Virus record (IMG/VR): IMGVR_UViG_3300032237_000561
Span: 30,594 to 94,593 of that record
From: a virus
Taxonomy: Duplodnaviria; Caudoviricetes
Strand: one strand, 5' to 3'
Length of the DNA stretch: 64,000 nt
Position numbers and translations under genes: made by a program. The stretch's first letter is position 1, and every line of letters starts with the position of its first letter. Positions 1 to 9,172 of this stretch are shown piece by piece. A model generated the notes under the pieces. It worked only from the letters and a program-made list of their open reading frames with translations, made no database searches and was not told the origin of the DNA.

Positions 1-267
1 TTCTACGAATTGTGGAATGAGCCGGTCTGGTCACGTTTACCAGGGCTGGAAGGAACGAACAACCTTCTCGAAGTTCTGAAGCGGCAAATCCAGATGGGTG
101 AGGTCTCCTGCCGGAAGCTGATCAAGTCCCCGTCCGGGATCATCCGCGCCCGCGTCTACCACGGGTGTGTCCTGACCGACATCGACGAAGGCGAGCAGCT
201 CAACATCGGGACGATGACATTGCCCAAAACGATAACAATGCAATATATCAAGACCACTATCGTCTAG
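1..267 (+). CDS. Tail tube protein, C-terminal part (5' end outside window)
   Basis: Frame 1 is open from base 1. Beta-rich C-terminus (RVYHGCVLTDIDEGEQLNIGTMTLPKTITMQY). Lies upstream of the chaperone and tape measure, as expected in a myovirus. Confidence 0.6.
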   Translation, partial: FYELWNEPVWSRLPGLEGTNNLLEVLKRQIQMGEVSCRKLIKSPSGIIRARVYHGCVLTDIDEGEQLNIGTMTLPKTITMQYIKTTIV

Positions 268-276
268 GAGTCTGCT

Positions 277-1641
277 GTGTCTATGCCCATCCAACGCCAG
301 AGCGAACAGTATGGCGCGTTCGACAGCGGCCCGCGCTGGGAGCGGGACCGGGGCAGTCATGACCTCCCCAAGGGTTTAGCTGGTTTGATGAACAGCATGG
401 GGCCGAGCATCCAGGCCGGTTTGCTGAACACCCGACTGGCGGTCAACACCGAAGGCATGGACCCTGACAGCCACGCCTACCACACCGAGCTTCCGGTCAA
501 CGGCCCCGCGCCTGGCCGGATATACAACCCCGACTTCCGCGAGTACGAGCCGTCCGAACAGGACGAGCGCGACCAGGAGGGCGTGGCCGAGGACGACGAG
601 TCGGGCTACAACTGGGGACCCGATCCCCGCCGTGCGAGCCGCCACCCTTTTGACCGTACCGCCGGGGCGTGGCAGGACCTGATTGACAAAGACAGCCCCG
701 GCCCCTTTGACGGCGAAAACCCCGAAGATTTCTTCACCAACTGGTTGGAGCGTGGCGGCGAAGAAGAGCACCGCCACCAAAAAGAGTCCGGTCGAATTAA
801 TGACTTTATGCGGGGCAGTCACACCCCCGACCACGAGGTGCCGTGGGAAGAGACCGACGAGGGCTGGCATCATCCCGCGACCGGACAGAAAATCGTCCCC
901 TCCGACGACACTCCCGGTCACTGGCAGCTGACCTCTCCGACTGTCGGTGACCGTGGTATGGCCAAGATTCGGGCACCGCACGCCGACCCGCAGGCGATCA
1001 TGGACTGGCAGAAATATCAGATGGGCGGTCCGGCACCCGAGGGCCACAAGCCGCAATTCCGCGACCACATTTTCCCGCCGAACCCGATCCCATCACGTCA
1101 GTCAGGTCTGTTTCGCAACGCCGGATGCGAAACCTGTGGCGTTCCCGTCTACCACATTTCTGGCACCGGCTGGGTCCATGCCGACGACGACGACAAAGAC
1201 GGCGAAGAACACGACGAGGACCACCAGGCCGAGCCGGACCACGACGATGACCTCGGTCTGGGTTTGTCGTCGATGAACGCCGAACACGAACGGCGTGAGC
1301 TGCAGGGGCGGATCAGCGAGCCGGACGTGCATGTCCATCGTAATGAGCCGGATACCGAAGACTGGGAGAACGGCTACAAGGTCGAGCACAACGACCCCCG
1401 GTATCACCGGTACGAACCCGACATGGAGCGCGAGGGTCGCCGTACCGCTGCCGGTGAGGCTCCCGCCCCTGTACAGGCACCTCAGGGTGGCGGCTACCAG
1501 ATCGGTCACCGGATCGGTCTGGACTGGCGGGACAAAGTAATCCCCGGCACCGTCATCGGCCTTGACGGCCCGAGTGTCAAAATCCGTTGGGACGACAAAC
1601 AGTATTCCACCGAGGAGCCTCGTAATATCCGACTCCTCTAG
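277..1641 (+). CDS. Acidic, His/Asp-rich hypothetical protein with a short SH3-like C-terminus; possible virion protein
   Basis: 454-aa ORF; TAGGAG RBS at 265-270; inside the tail operon. Confidence 0.7.
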   Translation: MSMPIQRQSEQYGAFDSGPRWERDRGSHDLPKGLAGLMNSMGPSIQAGLLNTRLAVNTEGMDPDSHAYHTELPVNGPAPGRIYNPDFREYEPSEQDERDQEGVAEDDESGYNWGPDPRRASRHPFDRTAGAWQDLIDKDSPGPFDGENPEDFFTNWLERGGEEEHRHQKESGRINDFMRGSHTPDHEVPWEETDEGWHHPATGQKIVPSDDTPGHWQLTSPTVGDRGMAKIRAPHADPQAIMDWQKYQMGGPAPEGHKPQFRDHIFPPNPIPSRQSGLFRNAGCETCGVPVYHISGTGWVHADDDDKDGEEHDEDHQAEPDHDDDLGLGLSSMNAEHERRELQGRISEPDVHVHRNEPDTEDWENGYKVEHNDPRYHRYEPDMEREGRRTAAGEAPAPVQAPQGGGYQIGHRIGLDWRDKVIPGTVIGLDGPSVKIRWDDKQYSTEEPRNIRLL

Positions 1642-1659
1642 TCACAGAAAGAACAGTTC

Positions 1660-2229
1660 ATGACCCCTAGTGCAGACCCCCGAGTAGAAGAAGATGCCCC
1701 CATCGACCCCTCGGTCGATCCTGAAATCGTGCCACCCACAGCACCCGCTCCGGCCCGCCGCGTCGTCGCCGACGATTCTGTCCTTGATGAGGAAGAGACA
1801 CCTCGACCCGAGCCGGTGGAGGTTACTGAACTGTCCCCTCAGGAGAGGCTCGATTTCGCCTCTCTGATGACCTGTGGCCGACGTTCCAAGACCATCACGG
1901 TCATGGGCCACCCGGTAGTCATTCAGACCCTCACCGCCGCCGATGAGATGCGGATCGGGCTATTCACCAAGACCTACCTGGAATCCCAGATGGGCTTCCA
2001 GCGCGCCTACCAGGTAGCCGTCTGCGCCGCCGGGGTCCGCGAGGTCCAGGGCCAGCCTTTGTTCACCTCACTACGCGAGGTCACCAGTGAAGACGAGATT
2101 TTCGACAAGAGTGCCGAGGAGATACGGAAGTTCTATCCCATCGTGATCTCTCAGATTTACCAGGGGATCATGGACCTGGAGCGTGAATTTGCGGAGCTGG
2201 CGATCAAACTGGGAAAACTGTCCGGCTAG
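1660..2229 (+). CDS. Tail assembly chaperone (gpG-like)
   Basis: Precedes the tape measure and ends with the slippery heptamer G GGA AAA. Confidence 0.8.
   Translation: MTPSADPRVEEDAPIDPSVDPEIVPPTAPAPARRVVADDSVLDEEETPRPEPVEVTELSPQERLDFASLMTCGRRSKTITVMGHPVVIQTLTAADEMRIGLFTKTYLESQMGFQRAYQVAVCAAGVREVQGQPLFTSLREVTSEDEIFDKSAEEIRKFYPIVISQIYQGIMDLEREFAELAIKLGKLSG
2211..2217 (+). other. Programmed -1 ribosomal frameshift site GGGAAAA
   Basis: In-frame CTG GGA AAA; the -1 frame stays open from 2211 to TGA at 2594. Confidence 0.85.
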
Positions 2230-2594
2230 ACGATTACTCGGAGTCCGAGATACGTCTAGCCTTCCACCAGGGGCTGCTCAGCCAGCGCGACCTCAATGCC
2301 TTCCAGAAGTGGGCCTTGCGCTACGCCATCGACATGAACCGACGTATCCAGCTGCAGGACACCGAGGACACGTTGCAGAGGCAGACCTGGTACCTGGAGC
2401 CGGGACGCTACCAGGAGCTGTTCCTGGCCGGTGCCTTCAGTCCAGAACCTCTCACCATTGCCGGGAGGGATGTAGAAGAAGTAGTAGACGATGTCGATGA
2501 GCTGGACGCTTACTTTGAACAGCTGGAGAACCGGCGGACTATGACCGGGGCACAGGTGTTCGACACAGGGGCCGAGAACCAAGGATGGGTGTGA
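2211..2594 (+). CDS. Frameshift extension of the tail assembly chaperone (gpGT-like fusion 1660-2594)
   Basis: The -1 frame reads GKTVRLDDYSESEIRLAFHQ... into the 2316..2594 ORF, which has no good start of its own. Confidence 0.8.
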   Translation, partial: GKTVRLDDYSESEIRLAFHQGLLSQRDLNAFQKWALRYAIDMNRRIQLQDTEDTLQRQTWYLEPGRYQELFLAGAFSPEPLTIAGRDVEEVVDDVDELDAYFEQLENRRTMTGAQVFDTGAENQGWV

Positions 2595-2595
2595 C

Positions 2596-4788
2596 ATGAC
2601 GACCCCAGGCGGTGACGGCAATTTCGAATACACCGATGACTCGGTAATCGCTCGGGTCTCGGTCGATGTCCCCTCACAGGCCCTCACTGACCTCAATCAG
2701 CTGGCCGAGGCGATGGCTGCCATGCGGACCCAGTTGTCTGCTGTGGCGGATGCCCAGGAAAAGTGGTTGGAATTCCTCAACCAGATGCCCAAGGTCACTC
2801 AGGACACCAATGATGCCATCAAGGACCAGATCACCCTGCTGGAACGGCAGACCTACCTCCAGGGCGAGCTAGGCGGCGGTCGCGGCGGGGGCCAGGGTGC
2901 GTCCGCTGGTGGCGGGGGCAGTTATTCAACTGCCGCCCCGGCGGGATACGCGCCACCGTGGGCACCGGGTACCCCCGGCACTGGGGCCACCCCTCCGGCC
3001 CCTGAGCAGATTGCCGAGAAATATCAGCGGATTCAGGCCGAGAATCCCGGACTGGATGCAAACGTCCAGTCGGCGCACGGTGCTGTCAACCCGGCACTTC
3101 TCTCGGTGGTCGGCGCGGCAGCAGCGGCAGTCGACCGCAAGATGGGTAGAGGTGAGGGCCGGGCCGGGAATTCGTCCCCGCAGCCGACCGGCGCGGAACG
3201 TGATAGTTCCGCTGCCCCGGACCAAGGCCAGGGCGGTGCTCCGAGCACTGCCGGGGACCCGAATACCCCCGGCGATCCCAGCCCCGACGACACCGACGCG
3301 GCCAAGAAGGACACCCTCCTGACCCAGTTGGTCAACGACTTTAAGGGCGGTAAGGGTGGCCGCGCCAGGAGGATGGCCAGTACCCTGCTCGGTTCGGCCA
3401 GCAACAGTCTCAGCAATCCCTCCAGCGGTGGCGGGATCATCGGACAGATCATGGGCAGCACGGCAGGCAAGGCTGCCGGTGCGGTCGGCCTGGGGGCCTT
3501 GGCCTACAACAAGATTCAGGACCTCGGCGAGAAATACACCGAGTACCAGGGTCTTGGTTCGGTCCAGGGCGGCGACGCAATGACCGGCATGAAGTACGAG
3601 GCCCAGGCCCGGATCATGGGCCTCAACCCGTTCATCACCACCCAGCAGGCTCGTGAGGCGATGCAGAAGGCCCTCAAGGAGGGCTTCCGGGGCGAAAATT
3701 ATGACACCGTCCTCGACTTCATGACCGGTAACTTCAAGGAGCTGGGCATCTCGATGGGCCAGTCGATGGATTTGATGAAGGCCAGCGTCAAGGGACTCAA
3801 TGAGGGCGACAGTCAGGCCGGGACCAAGAGCGACCTCGATAAGACCCTCAACACCATGAAGGAGATGTCCGCCGAGGGCGGTCTGTCCTTCCCGGAGCGG
3901 GTCAACCAGCTGCAGGACATGAAAGAAGAGATGTCGGCTCAGGGGTTTTCCTCGGAGGCGATCAACCGGGCCGCGCTCGGCACCCAGGAGGGCCTGGGCG
4001 ACTCACTGGCACTCCGGGAGAGTGGTGGCCGGATCACGTCCCAGACCACCGGCTCCAACATGCTGATGACCCTGGCCGCGCAGAAGGCGGGGATCACCGG
4101 GATGCTTCCCAACGCCCTGCCCGCCGCCCTGGAAGCTGCGGGGATGGACCCCGACGAAATCCGCGACTCGGCGGCATCTCAGGTGGCCGGGTATGTGTCC
4201 GGCTACGCCGAGATGGGTAACCGGATCGCGGCATTCCAGATGCTGATGGGCCAGTACGGGGTAGAACTCACCTGGCCTGAGGCCGAGGCCCTCTACGGCA
4301 AGGTCAGTAAGGGGCAGGGCAGCCTGCCCTCCAAGCAGGCCAATAGCAAGGTCGCCCGCCAGGGCCAGACCCAGACCGCCGCCGGTTCGGCGGGCCGGAC
4401 CTCGAACAGCCCGGCGGACTCCGACTGGACAAAGAACCACCCCAACTACACCCCATCGGAGAACGCCGCCGGGGAATCGCAAAACTTCGAGGCAGCCGGT
4501 CGCGGCGGCGGCAACTTCTCGCCCAGCGGTAATGCCCCTGCCGCCATGCCGACGACCGGACAGCCGGTCCCCAGCTTCAGCAGTAACGGGACCGTCAGCG
4601 GCACGGTCACCATCACCGTCGACCAGGCGGGCCGGGTCACGGCACCGCCGACCATCCAGCTCACCGGCCAGCAGAAGGCTGCCCTAGCCGGATACAGCTC
4701 GGCTCAGCTCAACAACGCACCGCCAGGTGACCCGACCTATAACCATTCCTACAATGCCTTCCCGGCGGCGGCAGGGAGTGACGGATAA
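2596..4788 (+). CDS. Tape measure protein (short, 730 aa)
   Basis: Directly follows the frameshifted chaperone; Ala/Gly/Gln-rich and helical. Confidence 0.75.
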   Translation: MTTPGGDGNFEYTDDSVIARVSVDVPSQALTDLNQLAEAMAAMRTQLSAVADAQEKWLEFLNQMPKVTQDTNDAIKDQITLLERQTYLQGELGGGRGGGQGASAGGGGSYSTAAPAGYAPPWAPGTPGTGATPPAPEQIAEKYQRIQAENPGLDANVQSAHGAVNPALLSVVGAAAAAVDRKMGRGEGRAGNSSPQPTGAERDSSAAPDQGQGGAPSTAGDPNTPGDPSPDDTDAAKKDTLLTQLVNDFKGGKGGRARRMASTLLGSASNSLSNPSSGGGIIGQIMGSTAGKAAGAVGLGALAYNKIQDLGEKYTEYQGLGSVQGGDAMTGMKYEAQARIMGLNPFITTQQAREAMQKALKEGFRGENYDTVLDFMTGNFKELGISMGQSMDLMKASVKGLNEGDSQAGTKSDLDKTLNTMKEMSAEGGLSFPERVNQLQDMKEEMSAQGFSSEAINRAALGTQEGLGDSLALRESGGRITSQTTGSNMLMTLAAQKAGITGMLPNALPAALEAAGMDPDEIRDSAASQVAGYVSGYAEMGNRIAAFQMLMGQYGVELTWPEAEALYGKVSKGQGSLPSKQANSKVARQGQTQTAAGSAGRTSNSPADSDWTKNHPNYTPSENAAGESQNFEAAGRGGGNFSPSGNAPAAMPTTGQPVPSFSSNGTVSGTVTITVDQAGRVTAPPTIQLTGQQKAALAGYSSAQLNNAPPGDPTYNHSYNAFPAAAGSDG

Positions 4789-5495
4789 TGGCCTTCGGAG
4801 ATTACGAATTCCCCCAGAAGTCCGCCCCGATCAGTTCGGGTGAGAAGGGCATCGCCAGCCTGTCCCACCCCGAGGTCGGCACTTTGCGTTTTCGTTCCAA
4901 CCCCAAAGAGTTCAACTGGAGCTACACACTGACCAAGAGGGTCGACCAGACCTACGGGGGCCGGGTGATTCAGCTCCTGGGGACCCGGATCGAAGACTTC
5001 TCGTTCAAGGCCGACTGCGGTGCCGGTCGGTGGGATTACATGAACCGGGTCGCGACCTTCATGCGGGATGTGATGATCCGCCAGCGCGGCGGGACCCCGG
5101 CCACCTTCGAGTACACCACCCGTGGATGGAAGTTCAACGCCTTTGTCGCCTCGATCCCGTTCGCCGACGCGGTCGAGGAGGTCCTGCGCGAATTCGAGGT
5201 AGGGCTGAAGGTGCAGGAGGACATCTCCGGTGTCATGAGCAAAAACACCCTCGGTGCCGAGCTTCGTCGACTGCAGGACGGGGTCGGTTTCCGACGGTCT
5301 AAGTACAACGACCCGATCTTCGCCGAGAACCAGAATGGAATCACCACCCCCAACATGGGACCGATTGGCGACATGATCAACATCGTCACCACCCAGGAGC
5401 AGAACTTCCTCGGTCAGGCTGGTCAGGCTTTAGCCCAGTCCGCCGATCTACTGAGCAAGCTCACCGCACCGAATGGAGGGCCAACGAGTGGCTGA
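4788..5495 (+). CDS. Minor tail / tube-initiator-like baseplate protein
   Basis: TAATG coupling to the tape measure; LRFRSNPKEFNWSY segment typical of tube-fold proteins. Confidence 0.6.
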   Translation: MAFGDYEFPQKSAPISSGEKGIASLSHPEVGTLRFRSNPKEFNWSYTLTKRVDQTYGGRVIQLLGTRIEDFSFKADCGAGRWDYMNRVATFMRDVMIRQRGGTPATFEYTTRGWKFNAFVASIPFADAVEEVLREFEVGLKVQEDISGVMSKNTLGAELRRLQDGVGFRRSKYNDPIFAENQNGITTPNMGPIGDMINIVTTQEQNFLGQAGQALAQSADLLSKLTAPNGGPTSG

Positions 5496-5661
5496 TTTTG
5501 TAAGCAACTGCCCCATCTCCGGTCCGCGCAACGTCAACTGGAAACTCGCCTGGGACATCGGTGGGATGGGCTGGAGCTACGAGTGGGGCATGTTCTACGC
5601 CGTCTCCGGCCAAGACGATATGGTGCCGATGCGTAAACCCGATTTTCCATCGGGGGTTTGA
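5488..5661 (+). CDS. Small hypothetical protein
   Basis: GGAGG RBS at 5475-5479, GTG start at 5488, overlaps both neighbours. Confidence 0.65.
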   Translation: MADFVSNCPISGPRNVNWKLAWDIGGMGWSYEWGMFYAVSGQDDMVPMRKPDFPSGV

Positions 5662-6290
5662 TCATGTCCAAACTTGTTATCAAGGGCCACGGCGGCAAAA
5701 GGTTCGAACTGAACATCGTTCAGTTCCGTTCGCCGATGTCGGCGGCGATCAACTCGGTGCAGACCCGAAACATGATGCACCACTTCCCGATTCGCGCCGG
5801 GCAGCCCGACATCCAGTTCACTGCTCAGTTCGCGTCGATACCCGACAAGCACGAGTTTCAAGACTTTGTCCGAGACCACCAGCGCAACGCTCTCAACGAC
5901 AAGTACGGTTCTTCGTCAACCAGCTCCGGGGCGATCACCCTGCTCTGGCCGGAACGCAACATCGACAGCTGGACCGGATACATCATCAACATGCCGATCC
6001 GCGAGGCCCGATTCGACTACGCCCCTAAGGTGACTTTCGGTGTGGCCCTGGTGGATTCGCTGATGAGCGAGCGCACCTTCAACCTGAGCCTGGGTAATAA
6101 CTTCTGGACAATCCTCGGGGACGCGATCAGTGCTTACATTCCCCGTCCCGGTGATATCGACGGACTGATCCAGCCGCCGACGATCCCGTCCTCGGTCGTC
6201 ACCGATTACAACAACGCCAACAACAACAACAACAACAACACGACGACGGTCAACACCCTGTACTACAACACAGGACCGGGCAGGCAATGA
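5658..6290 (+). CDS. Minor tail/baseplate protein with a poly-Asn tail
   Basis: 210-aa ORF coupled to its neighbours in the tail operon. Confidence 0.7.
   Translation: MIMSKLVIKGHGGKRFELNIVQFRSPMSAAINSVQTRNMMHHFPIRAGQPDIQFTAQFASIPDKHEFQDFVRDHQRNALNDKYGSSSTSSGAITLLWPERNIDSWTGYIINMPIREARFDYAPKVTFGVALVDSLMSERTFNLSLGNNFWTILGDAISAYIPRPGDIDGLIQPPTIPSSVVTDYNNANNNNNNNTTTVNTLYYNTGPGRQ
6210..6239 (+). repeat. (AAC)n microsatellite encoding poly-Asn
   Basis: AAC AAC GCC followed by (AAC)7. Confidence 0.9.
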
Positions 6291-9172
6291 CCGCACCCGA
6301 CCCGGCCACCTCGGCGATCCAAGACACCAACGCTCAGGCCACCATCAACGGTCTGCCCGCACCTAGCAAGGCTCAGGCCGAGCAGAATGTCTTGACCAAC
6401 ATCGACCCCACCTCACCACCGGCGATGAAGACTCTGGTCTATTCACCGGATGTCCGTATCTATATCGCGCGCGGCAACAAACAGTACGATGTGTCTAACG
6501 ACATCGTCGCCTGGTCGATTCGGCGGGTGGAGAACTCGGTCTCTTCGGCAGTCTTCCGGTTGTCCAACAAGGCCACCGAAAGCGGTGGCAAGAAGATGCG
6601 CTACAACCAGCTCTTCGAGCGGATGGACCGGGTGGTGATCTGGCTCAAGCGTGTCGAATGGGTCCAGGTCTTCTCTGGCTATCTCGACAGTGTGCCGCAC
6701 GTCCAGCTTTATCCGGGCACGGTGAACTTCCGAGCCAGCTGCACCCTGAAGCGTCTGCTACACACCTACTGGGACCCAGGTCTTCCTGAGTCCCAGACCA
6801 TCTTTGATCAGCCGGGTCAGGCCCAGCAGGAGCTGGCCAACGGTGAGGCTGCCCTGGACATGGGTCTGGGTTCGCTGCTGCGCCGACTTCTGGTCCTTGT
6901 CGGCGGATGGGACGCGAAGAACATTCACGTCCAGAGGTTCCCCCTCGGCTTCTTCCAGTTCATGGAGCAGCAGATCAGGCAGATGACCCCCGGAGACGAA
7001 GCCGCCGTCGAGAGCTTCAAAGGCTTACTCCTGGGCGAGGGCGACACCAGCCTCGGTCCGGGACGGGCTGCCAGCATGCAGCAGGGCGTGACAATGGGCG
7101 GTTACGCCGTCGGACCGCAGGATCGAATGCTGGAAGTGATCCGGGCCGTGGACGAGATGGGCATGGGTGTCGACACGACCAGCCTGGCCGCAGCGCAAGG
7201 CATTGGGACTGCCGCTACGGGCGGTTCCGACAACAAGGATAAGCCCGCCTGGCAGGCCCAGCAGGAGGTCGGTAAGAACTGGTCTGAAGCGGCCTTGAAA
7301 AACGATGCCGCGATCCACTGCTACATGACTATCGCCGCCGAATCGAACTGGATCATGTACGCAAACCGGGCGATCCCGGAATCGTTGGGCTACCCCCATG
7401 AGGGCGAGTCCACCGACGGTACCTCGGTGGGCCTGTACCAGCAGCAGAACTATGGCGAGTGGGGCAGCCTCGCCCAGCGGATGAACGTCAAGGCATCTAC
7501 TCAGATGTTCCTCCAGTCCCTCAACCGGGTGCAATGGCGCAACATGGACCGGGCTGCGGCTTGTCAGGCGGTACAGCGGTCCAAGTTTGCCGACGGGTCG
7601 AACTACAAAATTCATGAGGCTGCCGCCATCGAGGCGGTCCGTTCTATCCGTTCTGGGACAGGGACCGCCCTCGGTGCTGCCGGTCAGAACAACACCAGCC
7701 CGACCAACCCCATCCCCGGAATCGGGGAGACCGTCATCGGTGGGGCACCTTCGCCTACCCTGCCCGGCACCGTGGGCACCCCGGTCCCCTCAATCCCGAC
7801 CACCAACGGAATGCCCACCGCGACGGCGGTGACATCCACGGCCACCAGAGGACCCCTCTACGACACCGGTGGTGCCCTCACCTGTGCCCTAGCCCAGTGC
7901 GGTAAGCCCTACGTCTACGGGTCCAACGGGCCGGATACCTTTGACTGTTCGAGCCTGACCCAGTTCGCCTACCGGTCCATCGGCCTGGAGATCGGTCGGA
8001 CCACCTACGTCCAGGCCGGAAACCTGCAACGTATCCCGCCCGCCAACCTGGTCCCCGGCGACATCATCCAGCCCCACCCCGGCCACACCGGAATGTATGT
8101 CGGTCCGGGTCAGTGGGTCGCGGCACCGCAGACCGGTGACGTAGTTCGGATACAGGACATCTATTTCCCGCTCCAGACCGCTGTCTGCTTCCGGGTACCA
8201 GGAGCCGAGTACGGCGGCACCCTGCCTGCCCCCTACGACTTGGCCCGAGCACTATCGGCTTCCAATGCTCAGGTTGGCACCGTCACCGGAGGACTCAACG
8301 GCAGCACCGGCACCGGCCAGACCGAGCCGATTGCCCGCAACCTCTTTACCTACCAATTCATGCCCGGACAGTTCACCAGTGATATCTCAATCCTATTCGG
8401 AGGTCAGAAAGGAAGCGAAGAAAAGGCTTTCATCAACGACCAGCCGTTGATTCAGACGGTGGTGAGTTTCGCCCAGGCCGGTTTACGCAATTTCCAGTCC
8501 GCGCCCAACGGGGATTTCATCGCCTATTACCCGGACTATTTCGGACTCGACGGCAAGGACGCGGTATTTGCCCTTGAAGACATTGAGATGAAGAACGTCC
8601 AGATCGACCTGAACGACGACGCGATGGCCACCCATGTTTATATCGCCGGTTCACAGACGATCAACGCCAGCGACAACGGAATCCTGGGCTGGCTCAACTC
8701 CAAGGGTGTCGCCACCGTGGAGAATGAGTGGCTGTTCCGGCGGATGACCGCCGCCGCACCACACGTCCCCGGTGAGCTATTCCAGTCCGGTAAGCAGATC
8801 ATGGAAAAGTTCGGTGTCCGGCCCCTGAGTCAGACCATGTCCTCGGTGATGGCCGGTCCTATGGAATTCCTACTGGCCGTGCAAATCTTTATGAAGAAAT
8901 GGGCCGAACAGTATTCGACCGTCATCGACACCACATTCATGCCGGAAATCTTCCCTGGAATGCGTGTCCACCTCGTCGGACACAACCTTCAGGTGTATGT
9001 TTCTGAGGTAACACATTCTGGAGATTTTGAGAACGGATTCGCCACGACCATGACCATTATGGCCCCGTCCAATCCAAACATCCTGAAGATGGCCACGTCG
9101 ATTTTCAGCGCAAAGGCCCAGGAAACGTCGAACCGCCAGGACCTTTTCCGTAATGCCTCGGAGTCCACCTAA
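6287..9172 (+). CDS. Baseplate hub protein with a lytic-transglycosylase-like domain and an NlpC/P60 peptidase
   Basis: AAES...SVGLYQQQ...WGS...AVQRS motif; GKPYVYG...FDCSSL...GHTGMYVG carries the NlpC/P60 Cys-His. Confidence 0.85.
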   Translation: MTAPDPATSAIQDTNAQATINGLPAPSKAQAEQNVLTNIDPTSPPAMKTLVYSPDVRIYIARGNKQYDVSNDIVAWSIRRVENSVSSAVFRLSNKATESGGKKMRYNQLFERMDRVVIWLKRVEWVQVFSGYLDSVPHVQLYPGTVNFRASCTLKRLLHTYWDPGLPESQTIFDQPGQAQQELANGEAALDMGLGSLLRRLLVLVGGWDAKNIHVQRFPLGFFQFMEQQIRQMTPGDEAAVESFKGLLLGEGDTSLGPGRAASMQQGVTMGGYAVGPQDRMLEVIRAVDEMGMGVDTTSLAAAQGIGTAATGGSDNKDKPAWQAQQEVGKNWSEAALKNDAAIHCYMTIAAESNWIMYANRAIPESLGYPHEGESTDGTSVGLYQQQNYGEWGSLAQRMNVKASTQMFLQSLNRVQWRNMDRAAACQAVQRSKFADGSNYKIHEAAAIEAVRSIRSGTGTALGAAGQNNTSPTNPIPGIGETVIGGAPSPTLPGTVGTPVPSIPTTNGMPTATAVTSTATRGPLYDTGGALTCALAQCGKPYVYGSNGPDTFDCSSLTQFAYRSIGLEIGRTTYVQAGNLQRIPPANLVPGDIIQPHPGHTGMYVGPGQWVAAPQTGDVVRIQDIYFPLQTAVCFRVPGAEYGGTLPAPYDLARALSASNAQVGTVTGGLNGSTGTGQTEPIARNLFTYQFMPGQFTSDISILFGGQKGSEEKAFINDQPLIQTVVSFAQAGLRNFQSAPNGDFIAYYPDYFGLDGKDAVFALEDIEMKNVQIDLNDDAMATHVYIAGSQTINASDNGILGWLNSKGVATVENEWLFRRMTAAAPHVPGELFQSGKQIMEKFGVRPLSQTMSSVMAGPMEFLLAVQIFMKKWAEQYSTVIDTTFMPEIFPGMRVHLVGHNLQVYVSEVTHSGDFENGFATTMTIMAPSNPNILKMATSIFSAKAQETSNRQDLFRNASEST

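Noticed and set aside
6210-6239. AAC-rich tract as a diversity-generating retroelement template
   Set aside because: No reverse transcriptase and no second copy differing at adenines were seen; it is an in-frame poly-Asn microsatellite
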